DNA from: the human T2T-CHM13v2.0 reference genome, Homo sapiens
Reading direction: 5' to 3' (one strand)
Assembly (NCBI RefSeq): GCF_009914755.1
Contig: NC_060939.1
Length of the DNA: 64,000 bases
Shown here: piece after piece, positions 1-18,428 of the stretch
Layout of the letters: each line of letters starts with the position of its first letter
Position numbering within the stretch: the stretch's first letter is position 1
Made by a program: the position numbers and the translations under genes
Notes under the pieces: model-generated
Database searches by the model: none
Seen by the model: only the letters and a program-made list of their open reading frames with translations
Told to the model about the DNA's origin: nothing

Positions 1-2153
<2,153 letters not shown>

Positions 2154-2194
2154 TGAGACCCTTTTACTTGATAACAGTGGTAGCTGGGACAAGT

Positions 2195-2490
2195 TGGCAA
2201 TGTAAATAAATAAACAACATCTAGATTGGAAAGGAAGAAGTACAGTTATCTTTATGTACAGATGACATGATCTTGCATTTAGAAAATCGTAAGAAATTTA
2301 CTAAAAAGTATTAGGACTCATGAACAAACTTAAGAATGTAACACTATATAAGATTGGTATACAAAAATAACTGTATTTCTTTACCAATAAATCAAGAATC
2401 CAAAAATGGAATTAAAAAAATAAATCTTGTTACAATAGAATTAAAGCTGGGGAAGCTTAAACTTGAACACTAAAAACTACAATACATGGT
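2195..2490 (+). mobile_element. Old L1 ORF2 fragment
   Basis: attggaaaggaagaagta...tttatgtacagatgacatgatc resembles the L1 [16 protein letters not shown] region. Confidence 0.75.
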
Positions 2491-3020
2491 TAGCGTTGGA
2501 AACACCCAGATACCATCCCTGAGCCTTCTCTCCTTGGCTCTGAGGGCTTTACCTTCACGGGGTGAGGAAAGGGGTTGCATTCTTGGCTTTTACATTATAT
2601 TAGGTGGGTTCGGGTTGAGGTATCTGCATTTCAAATGAGTATTACAATCTCTACTTTTATGGATAAGAGACTGAGGCCCACCAAGAGAGGGAATGACAGT
2701 CCATATCCTGGAAGGCGAATTGTCAGGCACTGATTTCCGCTATTTAACCCCTGCCAATCATCATGTATTTAAAGGATCCCCAGATACCATACCAATAGGT
2801 GTTCAAGAGAGAGGCCTGTAATCTAGGCGTCTGAGAAAACAAGGCTAGAGATTCCAATATTGGAGACAACAGGGCTCTGGGAAGATTAAGGTTGAGTTTT
2901 CTGGATCTGCAGAATAGAGTCACTGAGGACCAATTGCAAGATCAGAGGAGATGAAAGAACAAGTCAGGGCATGCTTAGGAAAAGAGAATACCAGGGATAG
3001 GTTTTAGGCAAGAGTCACAC

Positions 3021-3400
3021 TGAGGAAGGGCAGGTTCTTGGCGTCGTTTAGGAAGAAATCCAAAAGCAAGCCTGTGGTGGAAGAAAGCAGCTCTACGGAG
3101 GCATTGGCGGTGTTACAGCACAGCGTCCACTCCGGCAGGGCAGGGAGCCCTCCGTGGGTTGTGCTCCCAGAGCAGCAGCCTAGGGGTGGCTTGTAGTCAT
3201 TTTTATAATTCACTTTTAATGGCATGCTAATTAAGGGGCGGGTTATTCAGAAATAGCTAGAAATGGGCAGTAACTTCCATCTGTTTCCATGGCAAGGGGT
3301 GGGGAATTCTCGTGATGACATGGCATTGGCAAACTGTCATGGCACTGGTGGGAGCGTCTTCTGGTGATCTGAGGCGTGAGGTGCTTTCGCTGCCTCTCCC
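3021..3400 (-). mobile_element. ERV1 (MER4-group) LTR fragment
   Basis: ggttcttgg...aagaaat, tttccatggcaaggg and aaactgtcatggcactggtgggag segments are typical of MER4-group LTRs; ends approximate. Confidence 0.55.
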
Positions 3401-3984
3401 AGGTTCCTGCGTGCCTCTTACCTGAAAGCCCATCACACCCCCATCTGCCCACCTACAAACGTCACTGCCCTTTCACCCCATCCCCGTTTCACACGCACTC
3501 CCACATCAACCCTGAGCATTCAAGCCTGCATTTCCCTGTTAGGAACCTCGGTGGTAGCCGGAGCTCTGAGAAACCCCTAGGCAGAACTCCTTGCCTAGTT
3601 TGTGGCAGACATCAGGGAAGGAAAGGCAAATTTCAGGTCTTTCTCACAATAAATAAATAAAGATAGGTAGATTTGATTGATGGATGGATGGATGAAACCT
3701 GGGAGTCTACGGGCAAATATTTATCAGACACTGGAAGTGTAAGTTGTCACAAAGATTATGGAGTGCACCTGTCTTATGACCCTGTTATTTTATCCTAGTA
3801 TGTGCACTAGAGCATATTTTCTAACAGTGTAAATTGAAGGCTCACAAATTAGTTTAGTGAGAGAAAAGATAACGGATTGGAAGAGAATTACCATATTCAT
3901 TAGTTGTGTTTTAAAATTTTTAAAGTAAAATAGAGACATTATTTTTTTCATGCTTTCGAATGCATCTATAAAAAATAGACTTGA

Positions 3985-4336
<352 letters not shown>

Positions 4337-4499
4337 TTATTTTCACAATGTCCCAGGCTGTGAAACCAGGATTTAATAAAGAACCAGAATGCCACATCTG
4401 TGTCACCTGGGTAGGGACCAGTCCTGATACATTAAGTCCGGGTCTCTGGGTAACTGGACTCAACTGCTGGGCAAAACAGAATGTCCGGCTTGGGTTCCT

Positions 4500-5080
4500 A
4501 ACGGGGTACCGCAAAGTCTCATGGGAATTGTAGTGTCACCTTCCAATGATGTTACCATCAAGGACCTTGGGAACCAGCTTTTCTCTCTGCGCTTGCGCCG
4601 CCCGGCCCACTCCGCCATTTTCCTCCGGAAGTGCGGCACCCAGAGGCGGTCCTGTAGCCGGGCCGGCTTGGGGCTTGGTTCTATGTCCCTGCGGGTCGGT
4701 GCAAGGGCGAAGAGGAACCCGTGGGCCTCAGGGGATCCCGGGGGGCCGGACCAGTGTTCCCTAGTTGTGGGAGCAGACGCGTGGGCACATTGCGGGCGGG
4801 CAGGGCCTGAAGTGCAGGTGCGGGCAGTGGACCCTGGCGGGGGCTGGGAGGACAGGCGTGGGGTCCCGGCAGTGAAACGGGTTCTAGAGGCGCAGGAGCA
4901 GGTAGGAGAGGCCGGTGGCCCTGGGCCCGGAGTCTGCAGGCCGCGCTCCTGTCCTGCCGCTGAGGGACCCGGTTACCAACCTGCATGACGCTCAGTTTGC
5001 CCATCTGTCCCAGTGGTAACACACAGTTCTCGGGAGACGTTCCCCATTCCCAGAGGAGTAGTGTGAAACGCGTGCGCCTC
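4500..5080 (+). promoter_or_regulatory. CpG-island housekeeping-type promoter
   Basis: CpG-dense non-repeat sequence. TGGGAATTGTAGT 4522-4534 (= ACTACAATTCCCA, ZNF143/THAP11 motif), TGCGCTTGCGC 4588-4598 (NRF1-like), CCGCCC 4598-4603, CCGCCATTTT 4612-4621 (YY1), CCGGAAGTG 4625-4633 (ETS/GABPA). Confidence 0.85.
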
Positions 5081-6892
5081 TAGTCTTAAACTTGGCGTTT
5101 GTATTAGTTGGGTTTCCTGGTGTCTCTTTAGCAAGTGAAGTTTCTGGTTCCCTTCTTCACTGTGTGACCTGCCTAGTCCTCCTGGGTCGCATTTACAGAA
5201 GTTTATACGAGACCTAGTTTCCAGGGAAGAACTCACTGATTCCGCGAGGGAGATGGCTTAATGGATGATGGTCGTCAGCCTTAAGGATACTTCAGTCTTA
5301 ACTGTGTGTTACAAAGTTTGAAAGGGAGGGTTCCCTATGAATAAGAAGCACACTTGAAAGAACAGCCATCTGGTCTAACCTCTCACTGGTGCTTCAGAGG
5401 AGGAAAAAAGGTCACAGGTGAAGATCCCAGTTTTCCTTGCTCAGGAAATATTAATTCTACTCCCTAGAATGCACAAGATTTGCAAAGACTAGGTGATAGT
5501 AGAAGGTTTGGACGAACTTTCAGAAGGTTGAGGTGAATTCAGCTAAGAAGAACAGGCAAGGACTTAGGAAATATTCCTTATTTGAAGGGGCCTGAAAGTG
5601 TGGTCTGGGGTACAGCAGTGACCTGTCATACTTGAGAGGATTAAAATACTCTCCAAACACAGTCCCATTCCTTCAACCTTAGCTCGTTTTTTCCAGCGTC
5701 TGAGATATATTAAACCTAGTCCATCCCCAAATTTAACATTAGATTGCGAAGTTCTATTGATTGTATTTGATTTGTAATTTAACATTTTCTCCCCCTACGT
5801 AATTTTGTTAAAAACACAGAAGTGAATTCTGTTCACTTAGGTGTAACAGTTAATACTTGCTGTTTAAGGAACTAATTAAACCTTACTGGCTTATAAAAAA
5901 CAACCACCATTTTATTTGTTCGAAGTTCTGTGGATCTGCACTTTGGTGTGGTGGGTTCAGCTGGGTAGTTAATATATTTGTGTTGCCTGGATCACAAAAA
6001 GGCCTCAGTCACCTGGTGCCTTGACTGAGCCTGGTTGGTTTAAGATAGTTTACTTCACAATCTGGTGGTTTGTGGTGACTCTTGGCTAGGCCCTGTGTCT
6101 CCAACAGGGTAGCTCCAGACCTCTTCACAATTTCCCCCAAAAAGGAAAGAACCAATGGATATTTGCATCACATTTTCCATTTTCCATTCACTGGACAAGT
6201 CAGATGGAAAAGCCCAATTTATTGTCAGAGCATAATATGAGGGCTTGGATAGAAGGAAAGGTGTTATTGGGAAACATGAGTAGAATGGTGTACTGCAGGA
6301 AATACATATTATGTACATTTTAAAAAACGTAATTGTAGGCCAAAATTGCTGGTTTGCAAGATGCACTTTCCATGATGTTCAGGTATAGAAAAGCAAGATG
6401 TACTGTCATGGGAACACTCATATGAAGTTATTTGTGGAATCTACATATTAATAGGAAAATAGTTAATACAGCCCAGTATATTTCTATAACATTTATTTTA
6501 GTGAACTTATAATGTTTCTTTGTATTAAATTATTAGATTATATCTTTAGATAATATTGTTACTAAATTAGTAGGTAATATATATTTTTATTCAAAAATAA
6601 ATTGTGCATCTAATGTCTACCAATTAATGTACTTGTAGATGTATCTTATCTTAACTTGAGTCTTTGCTGCCCCTAATGAGGTGTGAAGGACTCTTCTCCC
6701 CTGGGGAAGTTTTTCTTTTTCAGGAGGGAGGAGGGCTTTCCCAGGTAATGTGTCTAGAGTGTTGGGCAGAAGAATCTGGGACCACACCACACCAGTTCTC
6801 TCCTTAATCCACGTCATTTGCCTTCTATCCCAGCTATGTTTCCAGTGTCCTCTGGGTGTTTCCAAGAGCAACAAGAAATGAATAAATCTCTG
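4630..6892 (+). ncRNA. 5' exons of a predicted spliced lncRNA/small-ORF transcript (exon 1 to 4901; optional micro-exon 6724-6744; exon 6834-6892)
   Basis: Donor CAG|GTAGGA at 4901/4902; acceptor ttttctttttCAG 6723 with donor CAG|GTAATG 6744; acceptor ccttctatccCAG 6833 with donor TG|GTGAGT 6892. TSS position is inferred. Confidence 0.55.
5860..6300. mobile_element. Old MaLR (MLT-type) LTR remnant
   Basis: ttactggcttataaaaaacaaccaccattttatttg...ttctgtgg...ggttcagctggg resembles an MLT LTR end; highly diverged. Confidence 0.5.
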
Positions 6893-7709
6893 GTGAGTTG
6901 TTTATTTGTTCTTCACTTTGTTTTACACTGTATTTTCTGAGTTTATGGGTGTCTGTGAATTAAAAAGGAAAAGTAGAAATAAGTAAAACTCAGGTTGAAG
7001 GAAATATACATAAATAAGATAAAGCTGACCTGTAGATATAGGCAGGTTATAAGAGCTTAGAGTTGTCTAAGTTGAGTGCAAATTTTCCTCTGATCTTTCT
7101 GATGCCGAGACAAAAAAGGCAGTCATGTTTGTTATGTGATTGGAATGGAACCCGAGAAGAGAGCATGCTGTGTTCTTGTGGGACAGGAAAGCTTGCGTGC
7201 ACCAAGTCTGAACCACCACCTTCATTGGTGACATAGATTATGTGCTGGAACATATTTCACACCGGCCTGGCAGTAAACACTTGTAGTGTTGTGCAGTGGA
7301 AACGGTCATCTTCCGCTAAAGCACGGCGTGTTGTGCAGCGGAAATGGTCATCTGCTGCTAAAACACAGCTTCCATCGTAATGTATGCTCCTTACTCAAAG
7401 AGTGTGGTCCCAAACAGCCTTTGGGAGGTCCTCCTTGATTCATGGATGAAACCTGGAACATCTTGAGGACTGAGTTAACCATAGGTCCTTAAATAACTCT
7501 CCACACGTTTTTCTTAGTTTATCTCTACATGCAGGGTGTGCAGCAGCCTGTTCAAAGTCATATTTTCTGGGAAATATTTCCAGTGTTTATTTGCACTTTA
7601 GCCCACTCTGTGTAGCCTTATTTCTTCTAAACTCACCATTAATCTGAATAATAGTCAAATTTAGGGGGACTGTATTTGCCTTACTCGAGTCTTCTACCAT
7701 AGTTGAAAC

Positions 7710-8316
7710 TGTCGTACCCGAGTGAGTTAGAGAGAAATGCCACGCATTGAGACGAATTCAGGAGTCCTTTACTAGCCAGCGACTGAGACATGGCTAACGC
7801 ACGAAATTCTCTCGGCCCTGAAGAAGGGACTAGATTTTCTTTTATACTTTGGTTTAGAGAGGGGAGGGGGGATTCTAGCTGCAGCAACTTTACAGAAGAA
7901 AAAAACAGACAAAAAACTTAGAAAAACAGATGGTTACAGGAAAACAAACTGTTCCTGGTGTAGGGTCTTTAAATTCACCACAAAGTGATAGGTGAGGGGG
8001 CTCTGGGCATTATCTGCCGGACAAATGTGGGGGCTTTATGATACTATCTCTGAGTAAATTGCTGGGAACTGGGGACATCTCTTGTCTCAGCACTTTATCA
8101 GTTAATTGCACGCTTTGATATGTTGAAAATCAGCTTGCACAAGTTAAAGTCCTTGAGGAAAGGGGGTGGGTAAGGAGTCCTTGATGTCTTGTTAATGAAG
8201 GAGCCAAATGGAGTTTGTCTGGTTTTCTCAGCTAAGGGAGAGTCTATTCATATTAAAAACAAGGTTAGCTGTCTAAGGAAGAGTCTATTCATGTTAATAC
8301 AACGTTGGGTATTACA
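7710..8316 (-). mobile_element. Solo LTR, LTR6 (HERV-S71)-type
   Basis: TG...CA termini flanked by 4-bp TSD AAAC (7706-7709 and 8317-8320); - strand starts tgtaatacccaac and ends ...ctcgggtacgaca, as I recall for LTR6. Confidence 0.8.
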
Positions 8317-8357
8317 AAACGTCTGTTCATGATCTGGAAATTCTTCTGTGTTAGTTC

Positions 8358-8757
8358 TGTTAAAAGAAAAACTTTAAAGGAGTTTAATTTAGCAATAAAG
8401 CGATTCATGAATCGGACAGTCCCCAGAATCACAGCAGATTCACAGAGACTCCAGTGCAGTCATGTGGTGGAAGAAGATTTATAGACAAAAGGGAAGTGGC
8501 ATACCGAAATCGGAAGTGAGGTACAGAAACAACTCAGCGTTTGCCTTGTTTGAACACATTTTGAACATTTGGCAGTGCCTGAGTGGTTGAAGTTTGGCCA
8601 TTGGGATTGGCCAAGATGTAGCTGTTGTTCCAGGTGCATACTCTTAAGTTAGTTTTTCATTCTTGTATACCTATTAAGGTAGGTTGCAGTTCACCCACAA
8701 GGACTCATATATAGAATTATGGAGTCCTTCTCAGGCCATACTTAGTTCACTTTAACA
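8358..8757 (-). mobile_element. 3' LTR of the MER57-type provirus
   Basis: tgttaaaag...ttcactttaaca; preceded on the - strand by purine tract AACCAAAGGGAAGGCAT. Confidence 0.85.
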
Positions 8758-9137
8758 ATGCCTTCCCTTTGGTTATTTTCTCAATTTTGAGAGATTGGCC
8801 GAAACTTCAGTCACTGGTGTCACTATTACCATTGCAAATGTACTTACTTGGTTTAGAAACCCACTGGGAAATAGACCAGTGAGATTTGAAAAGGTGGAAC
8901 AAGGACTTGAGTAGAAGGTATCTTCTTATGCTGGAACATCCTGTTTACAGGAGAAAAACAAAACCTGGTTTGTTCTAGGATTTATGTGTTTCCCTAAAGT
9001 CTTAGTTTCATTATGTTACATTTAGCATGAGTGACTCCATTTTGGTTTGGTTTGGTTTGGTCTGTTGGGACCTATTGCATGAGCTTAGTTCAAAACAATG
9101 GCCTCCCATAATTTTGCTTTAAAAATTCCTCCTTTTT

Positions 9138-9429
9138 GCTGGGTGTGGTGGCTCACACCTGTAATCCCAGCACTTTGGGAGCCTGAGGTGGGCAGATCAC
9201 GAGGTCAGGAGATTGAGACCATCCTTGCTAATATGGTGACACCCCATCTCTACTAAAAATACAAAAAATTAGCCAAGTGTGGTGGCGGGTGCCTGTATTC
9301 CCAGCTACTCAGGAGGCTGAGGCAGGAGAATGGCCTGAACCTGGGAGGCAGAGCTTGCAGTGAGCCAAGATCATGCCACTGCACTCCACTCTGGGGGACA
9401 GACCAAAACTCTGTCTTAGAAAAAAAAAA
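9138..9429 (+). mobile_element. Alu (AluSc/Y-like)
   Basis: Full dimer; TSD-like aaaaa(t)tcctcctttt on both sides. Confidence 0.95.
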
Positions 9430-9504
9430 TCCTCCTTTTCAGTCAAGTTCTCACTTAGTTGAGAGTGTGACCAAAATGTAGGGCCTTAGCATCACTCTTA
9501 GTTA

Positions 9505-10770
9505 CCATTGTTTTGGGTTCCAGTTTTAGCATGTCATTCCCATTGTTTTGGGTTTCTGGTTTAGCACATCACTCCCATTGTTTTGGGTTCCGGTTTTAGC
9601 ACGTCATTCCCATTGTTTTGGGTTTCTGGTTTAGCACGTCACTCTCATTGTTTTGGGTTCCTGTTTTAGCACGTCACTCCCATTGTTTTGGGTTCTGGTT
9701 TAGCACGTCACTCACATTGTTTTGGGTTCTGGTTTTAGCACCTCACTCCCATTGTTTTGGGTTTCCAGGTTTTAGCACGTCACTCCCATTGTTTTGGGTT
9801 TCTGGTTTAGCACGTCACTCCCATTGTTTTGGGTGTCTGGTTTTATCACGTCACTCCCATCGTTTTGGGTTTCTGGTGTAGCAGGACACTCCCATTGTTT
9901 TGGGTTTCTGGTTTTAGCACTTCACTCCCATTGTTTTGGGTTTCTGGTTTAGCAGGACCCTCCCATTGTTTTGGGTTTCTGGTTTTAGCATGTCACTCCC
10001 ATTGTTTTGGGTTCCGGTTTTAGCACGTCACTCCCATTGTTTTGGGTTCCGGTTTAGCACGTCATTCCCATTGTTTTGGGTTCAGGTTTTAGCACATCAC
10101 TCCCATTGTTTTGGGTATCTGGTTTTAGCATGTCACTCCCATTGTTTTGTGTATCTGGTTTTAGCACCTCACTCCCATTGTTTTGGGTTTCCAGGTTTTA
10201 GCACGTCACTCCCATTGTTTTGGGTTTCTGGTTTATCATGTCACTCTCATTGTTTTGGGTTTCTGGTTTAGCAGGACGCTCCCATTGTTTTGGGTTTCTG
10301 GTTTTACACGTCACTCCCATTGTTTTGGGTTTCTGGTTTAGCAGGACACTCCCATTGTTTTGGGTTTCTGCTTTAGCAGGTCACTACCATTGTTTTGGGT
10401 TCCGGTTTAAGCACATCACTCCCATTGTTTTGGGTTCCGGTTTTAGCACATCACTCCCATTGTTTTGGATTTCTGGTTTAGCAGGTCACTCCCATTGTTT
10501 TCGGTTCTGGTTTAAGCACATCACTCCCGTTGTTTAGGGTTCTGGTTTTAGCACCTCACTCCCATTGTTTGGGTTTCTGGTTTTGCAGGTCACTCCCATT
10601 GTTTTGGGTTCCAGTTTAAGCACATCACTCCCATTGTTTTCGTTTCCGGTTTTAGCACGTCACTCTCATTGTTTTGGGTTCCAGTTTTAGCAAGTCACTC
10701 CCATTGTTTTGGGTTTCTGGTTTAGCATGTCACTCCCATTGTTTTGGGTTTCCAGTTTAGCATGTCACTC
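9505..10770. repeat. ~35-bp minisatellite, ~36 copies (GCACGTCACTCCCATTGTTTTGGGTTTCTGGTTTA)
   Basis: Directly visible tandem array with 35-37-bp units inside the ERV internal region. Confidence 0.97.
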
Positions 10771-12042
10771 ATAGGTTATGGTGGCCTTATGGTTGCACAT
10801 TTCTTTTAATCTCTTGTCATTCCAGTTGAAGAGATACCATTTGACATTTTAGAGATGGCTGCATGCAAACTCTTGAAACATTTGAGTAAGTACAGTACAC
10901 CAGGGAGACTCTTATGACTATTGGGATAACACCAAGATGTGGTATATGCTCCTTACTCAGGGTCCCCATAAATCAAACCACCAAAAATCAAATAGATTAA
11001 AGAATGAATTAGATAAAGGGTTTACTTGCTTAACTAAGTGGTTTTTTTTTGTTAATTCCCTACAACCAAATCTTTATAATACCCCATGTTTTCTCCACAT
11101 GCTGTAAGTGTTAGCAGCTGCACAGATACTTAAGATAAGAGTCTCATGATAGTAGAGAAGTCTTGATCTGTGATCTTGGGAAAAGCTGTTCACATTAAGG
11201 ATGCCATCTTCTTCTGGGGGGAACTGTCCGTGTTAGCTTTACCTTAAGGGTTCCAATAGGCATATGGTTCTGAGTGTGGAGGGACCCTTCTGAGTTGTGA
11301 GACTATGAACCCAAAGTTTAAGGTTTTAAAGTTTTGTTGTCATGTGGATGGCGAGGGCAGTCCTTCTCTGATGTTCTCAGAAGATCCAGTCATCAGATTC
11401 TAGATTTTGAAGGGTTTGACTGTCCTCAGTGAACCATAAAAGGCTTTCTTTACCTGGTGAAAATACACTTCAGGGTAATAATCTACTGTTTTAACATCAA
11501 CTCTCTCGCATGGAAGAGCTTTTATACAATCAGAAAACATGCACTGAAAATGACAACTGAATGAAATCCCTTTATAAAATGTTTAAATGGCCCATCAGAT
11601 AACCAAATGTACCTGAAGTTTTGATTGTTTTCCTAGGAATATAGGTTTCACAAACCAAACATTGGTTATAAACTATTTTAGCAGTTTAGAAATCACCACA
11701 CCAATATATTTAATTTGGATCGTTTTCTCTTTCTGTGATGAGTTATGGAATGCAGAACTTTTAATAACAAAAGTTTTTAGGACTTAAGAAGGATAAGGTG
11801 GCCATCCTGGTTCTTTATAGGTCTGTGCTTAATTAACATCAGACTTACATCCTCTTGAATACCAGCTGTTTCTCCAAATTAGGTGCATGGCACTGGTAAC
11901 TGATGAGTAGTTATAGGTAATTTGATTTAGACCATGGAGTTTATTTAAATTATATATCTAAACAATTTCAATATTGGTGATTTAGCATGAAAATGTGGCA
12001 TAATATTTCCTTGGTATACAATTTTTGTTTTACTTGGGTTAG

Positions 12043-12375
<333 letters not shown>

Positions 12376-12679
12376 TAACTGTTGAGAATTCTTAGCCAGT
12401 CCAATTCTTGGGGTATCGGGGAACTTATGGGGAATTTTTACCCATGATATTAAAGTTATTAGAAATCTGTGTTCACGAGTGTTTTTCAGGGTCATTTTCA
12501 TTCTTTCATGAATCTTCTAAGAGACACCATACTCTAGAATTTTGCATGCTTGTGAAGTTTTTAGAAACTGCATCACTATTAAGCAATTAACTGTGAAATG
12601 ACTTTAGTTATAGTTAAAGACAATTGACAAGGAAATTTGGTTATTTCTGTGGTCTACAATAACTTAATAACCATAATTA

Positions 12680-12996
<317 letters not shown>

Positions 12997-13533
12997 CTAT
13001 TTTAGAATGGATTGATGACACACACTAAATATAACCTGAGGAAGGTTCCACATTATTTTTTATTTTGACAGTGCTACCCATGTGACTTAACATGTTAAAT
13101 AGTCCTGTTTACCTCTCTTTTGGGTGCTTCAGGGGTCTCTGTAGTATCCCAAAATTAGAGGTCAGAAAAGACAATTTTGAAGTTGAAATTTGATTTTGGG
13201 AAGCCTATTAAATATATTAAAGGTTTAAACACTTGATGTTATGAAATAGAATTCCACGTCACCGTAAGTCATTCATTTACCAAAAATCATGACAAAAAAT
13301 TTTTATTATTTTTTTATTTTTATTTTTTATTATACTTTTAGTTTTAGAGTACATGTGCACATTGTGCAGGTTAGTTACATATGTATACATCTGCCATGCT
13401 GGTGTGCTGCACCCACTAACTCGTCATCTAGCATTAGGTATATCTCCCAATGCTATCCCTCCCCCCTCCCCCCACACCACAACAGTCCCCAGAGTGTGAT
13501 ATTCCCCTTCCTGTGTCCATGTGATCTCATTGT

Positions 13534-17356
<3,823 letters not shown>

Positions 17357-17419
17357 TATGATGTTAGCTGGTTATTTTGCTCGTTAGTTAATGCAGTTTC
17401 TTCCTAGTCTCGACGGTGT

Positions 17420-18428
17420 TTACATTTTGGCATGATTTTGCAGCGGCTGGTACCAGTTGATCCTTTCCATGTTTAGTGCTTCCTTCAGGAGCTCTTGTAA
17501 GGCAGGCCTGGTCGTGACAAAATCTCTCAGCATTTGCTTGTCTGTAAAGTATTTTATTTCTCCTTTGCTTATGAAGCTTAGCTTGGCTGGATATGAAATT
17601 CTGGGTTGAAAATTCTTTTCTTTAAGAATGTTGAATATTGGCCCCCACTCTCTTCTGGCTTGTAGGGTTTCTGCTGAGAGATCCGCCGTTAGTCTGATGG
17701 GCTTCCCTTTGAGGGTAACCCGACCTTTCTCTCTGGCTGCCCTTAACATTTTTTCCTTCATTTCAACTTTGGTGAATCTGACAATTATGTGTCTTGGAGT
17801 TGCTCTTCTCGAGGAGTATCTTTGTGGCGTTCTCTGTATTTTCTGAATCTGAATGTTGGCCTGCCTTGCTAGATTGGGGAAGTTCTCCTGGATAATGTCC
17901 TGCAGTGTTTTCCAACTTGGTTCCATTCTCCCTATCACTTTCAGGTACACCAATCAGATGTAGATTTGGTCTTTTCACATAGTCCCATATTTCTTGGAGG
18001 CTTTGCTCATTTCTTTTTATTCTTTTTTCTCTAAACTTCCCTTCTCATTTCATTTCATTCATTTCATCTTCCATCGCTGATACCCTTTCTTCCAGTTGAT
18101 CGCATCGGCTCCTGAGGCTTCTGCATTCTTCACGTAGTTCTCGAGCCTTCGTTTTCAGCTCCATCAGCTCCTTTAAGAAATTCTCTCTATTGGTTATTCT
18201 AGTTATACATTCTTCTAAATTTTTTTCAAAGTTTTCAACTTTGCCTTTGGTTTGAATGTCCTGCCATAGCTCAGAGTAATTTGATCATCTGAAGCCTTCT
18301 CTCAGCTCGTCAAAATCATTCTCCATCCAGCTTTGTTCCGTTGCTGGTGAGGAACTGCATTCCTTTGGAGGAGGAGAGGCGCTCTGCTTTTTAGAGTTTC
18401 CAGTTTTTCTGTTCTGTTTTTTCCCCAT
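17420..18428 (-). pseudogene. L1 ORF1 (RNA-binding protein), frameshifted
   Basis: ATGGGGAAAAAACAG start at 18428; C-terminal piece ...RATPRHIIVRFTKVEMKEKMLRAAREKG...QPLQNHAKM in ORF 17420-17953; no continuous frame. Confidence 0.93.

Noticed and set aside
4521-4988. 155-aa unspliced ORF across the CpG island
   Set aside because: Its ATG overlaps the ZNF143 motif upstream of the likely TSS; only the part from ATG 4683 is plausible
7130-7215. Possible intronic C/D snoRNA (ATGTGA...CTGA)
   Set aside because: No proper RTGATGA C box or terminal stem; not supportable without an Infernal/snoscan search
9505-10770. CRISPR-like appearance of ~35-bp repeats and the ORFs over them
   Set aside because: Units are contiguous with no unique spacers, there are no cas genes, and the DNA is primate; the ORFs are repeat translations
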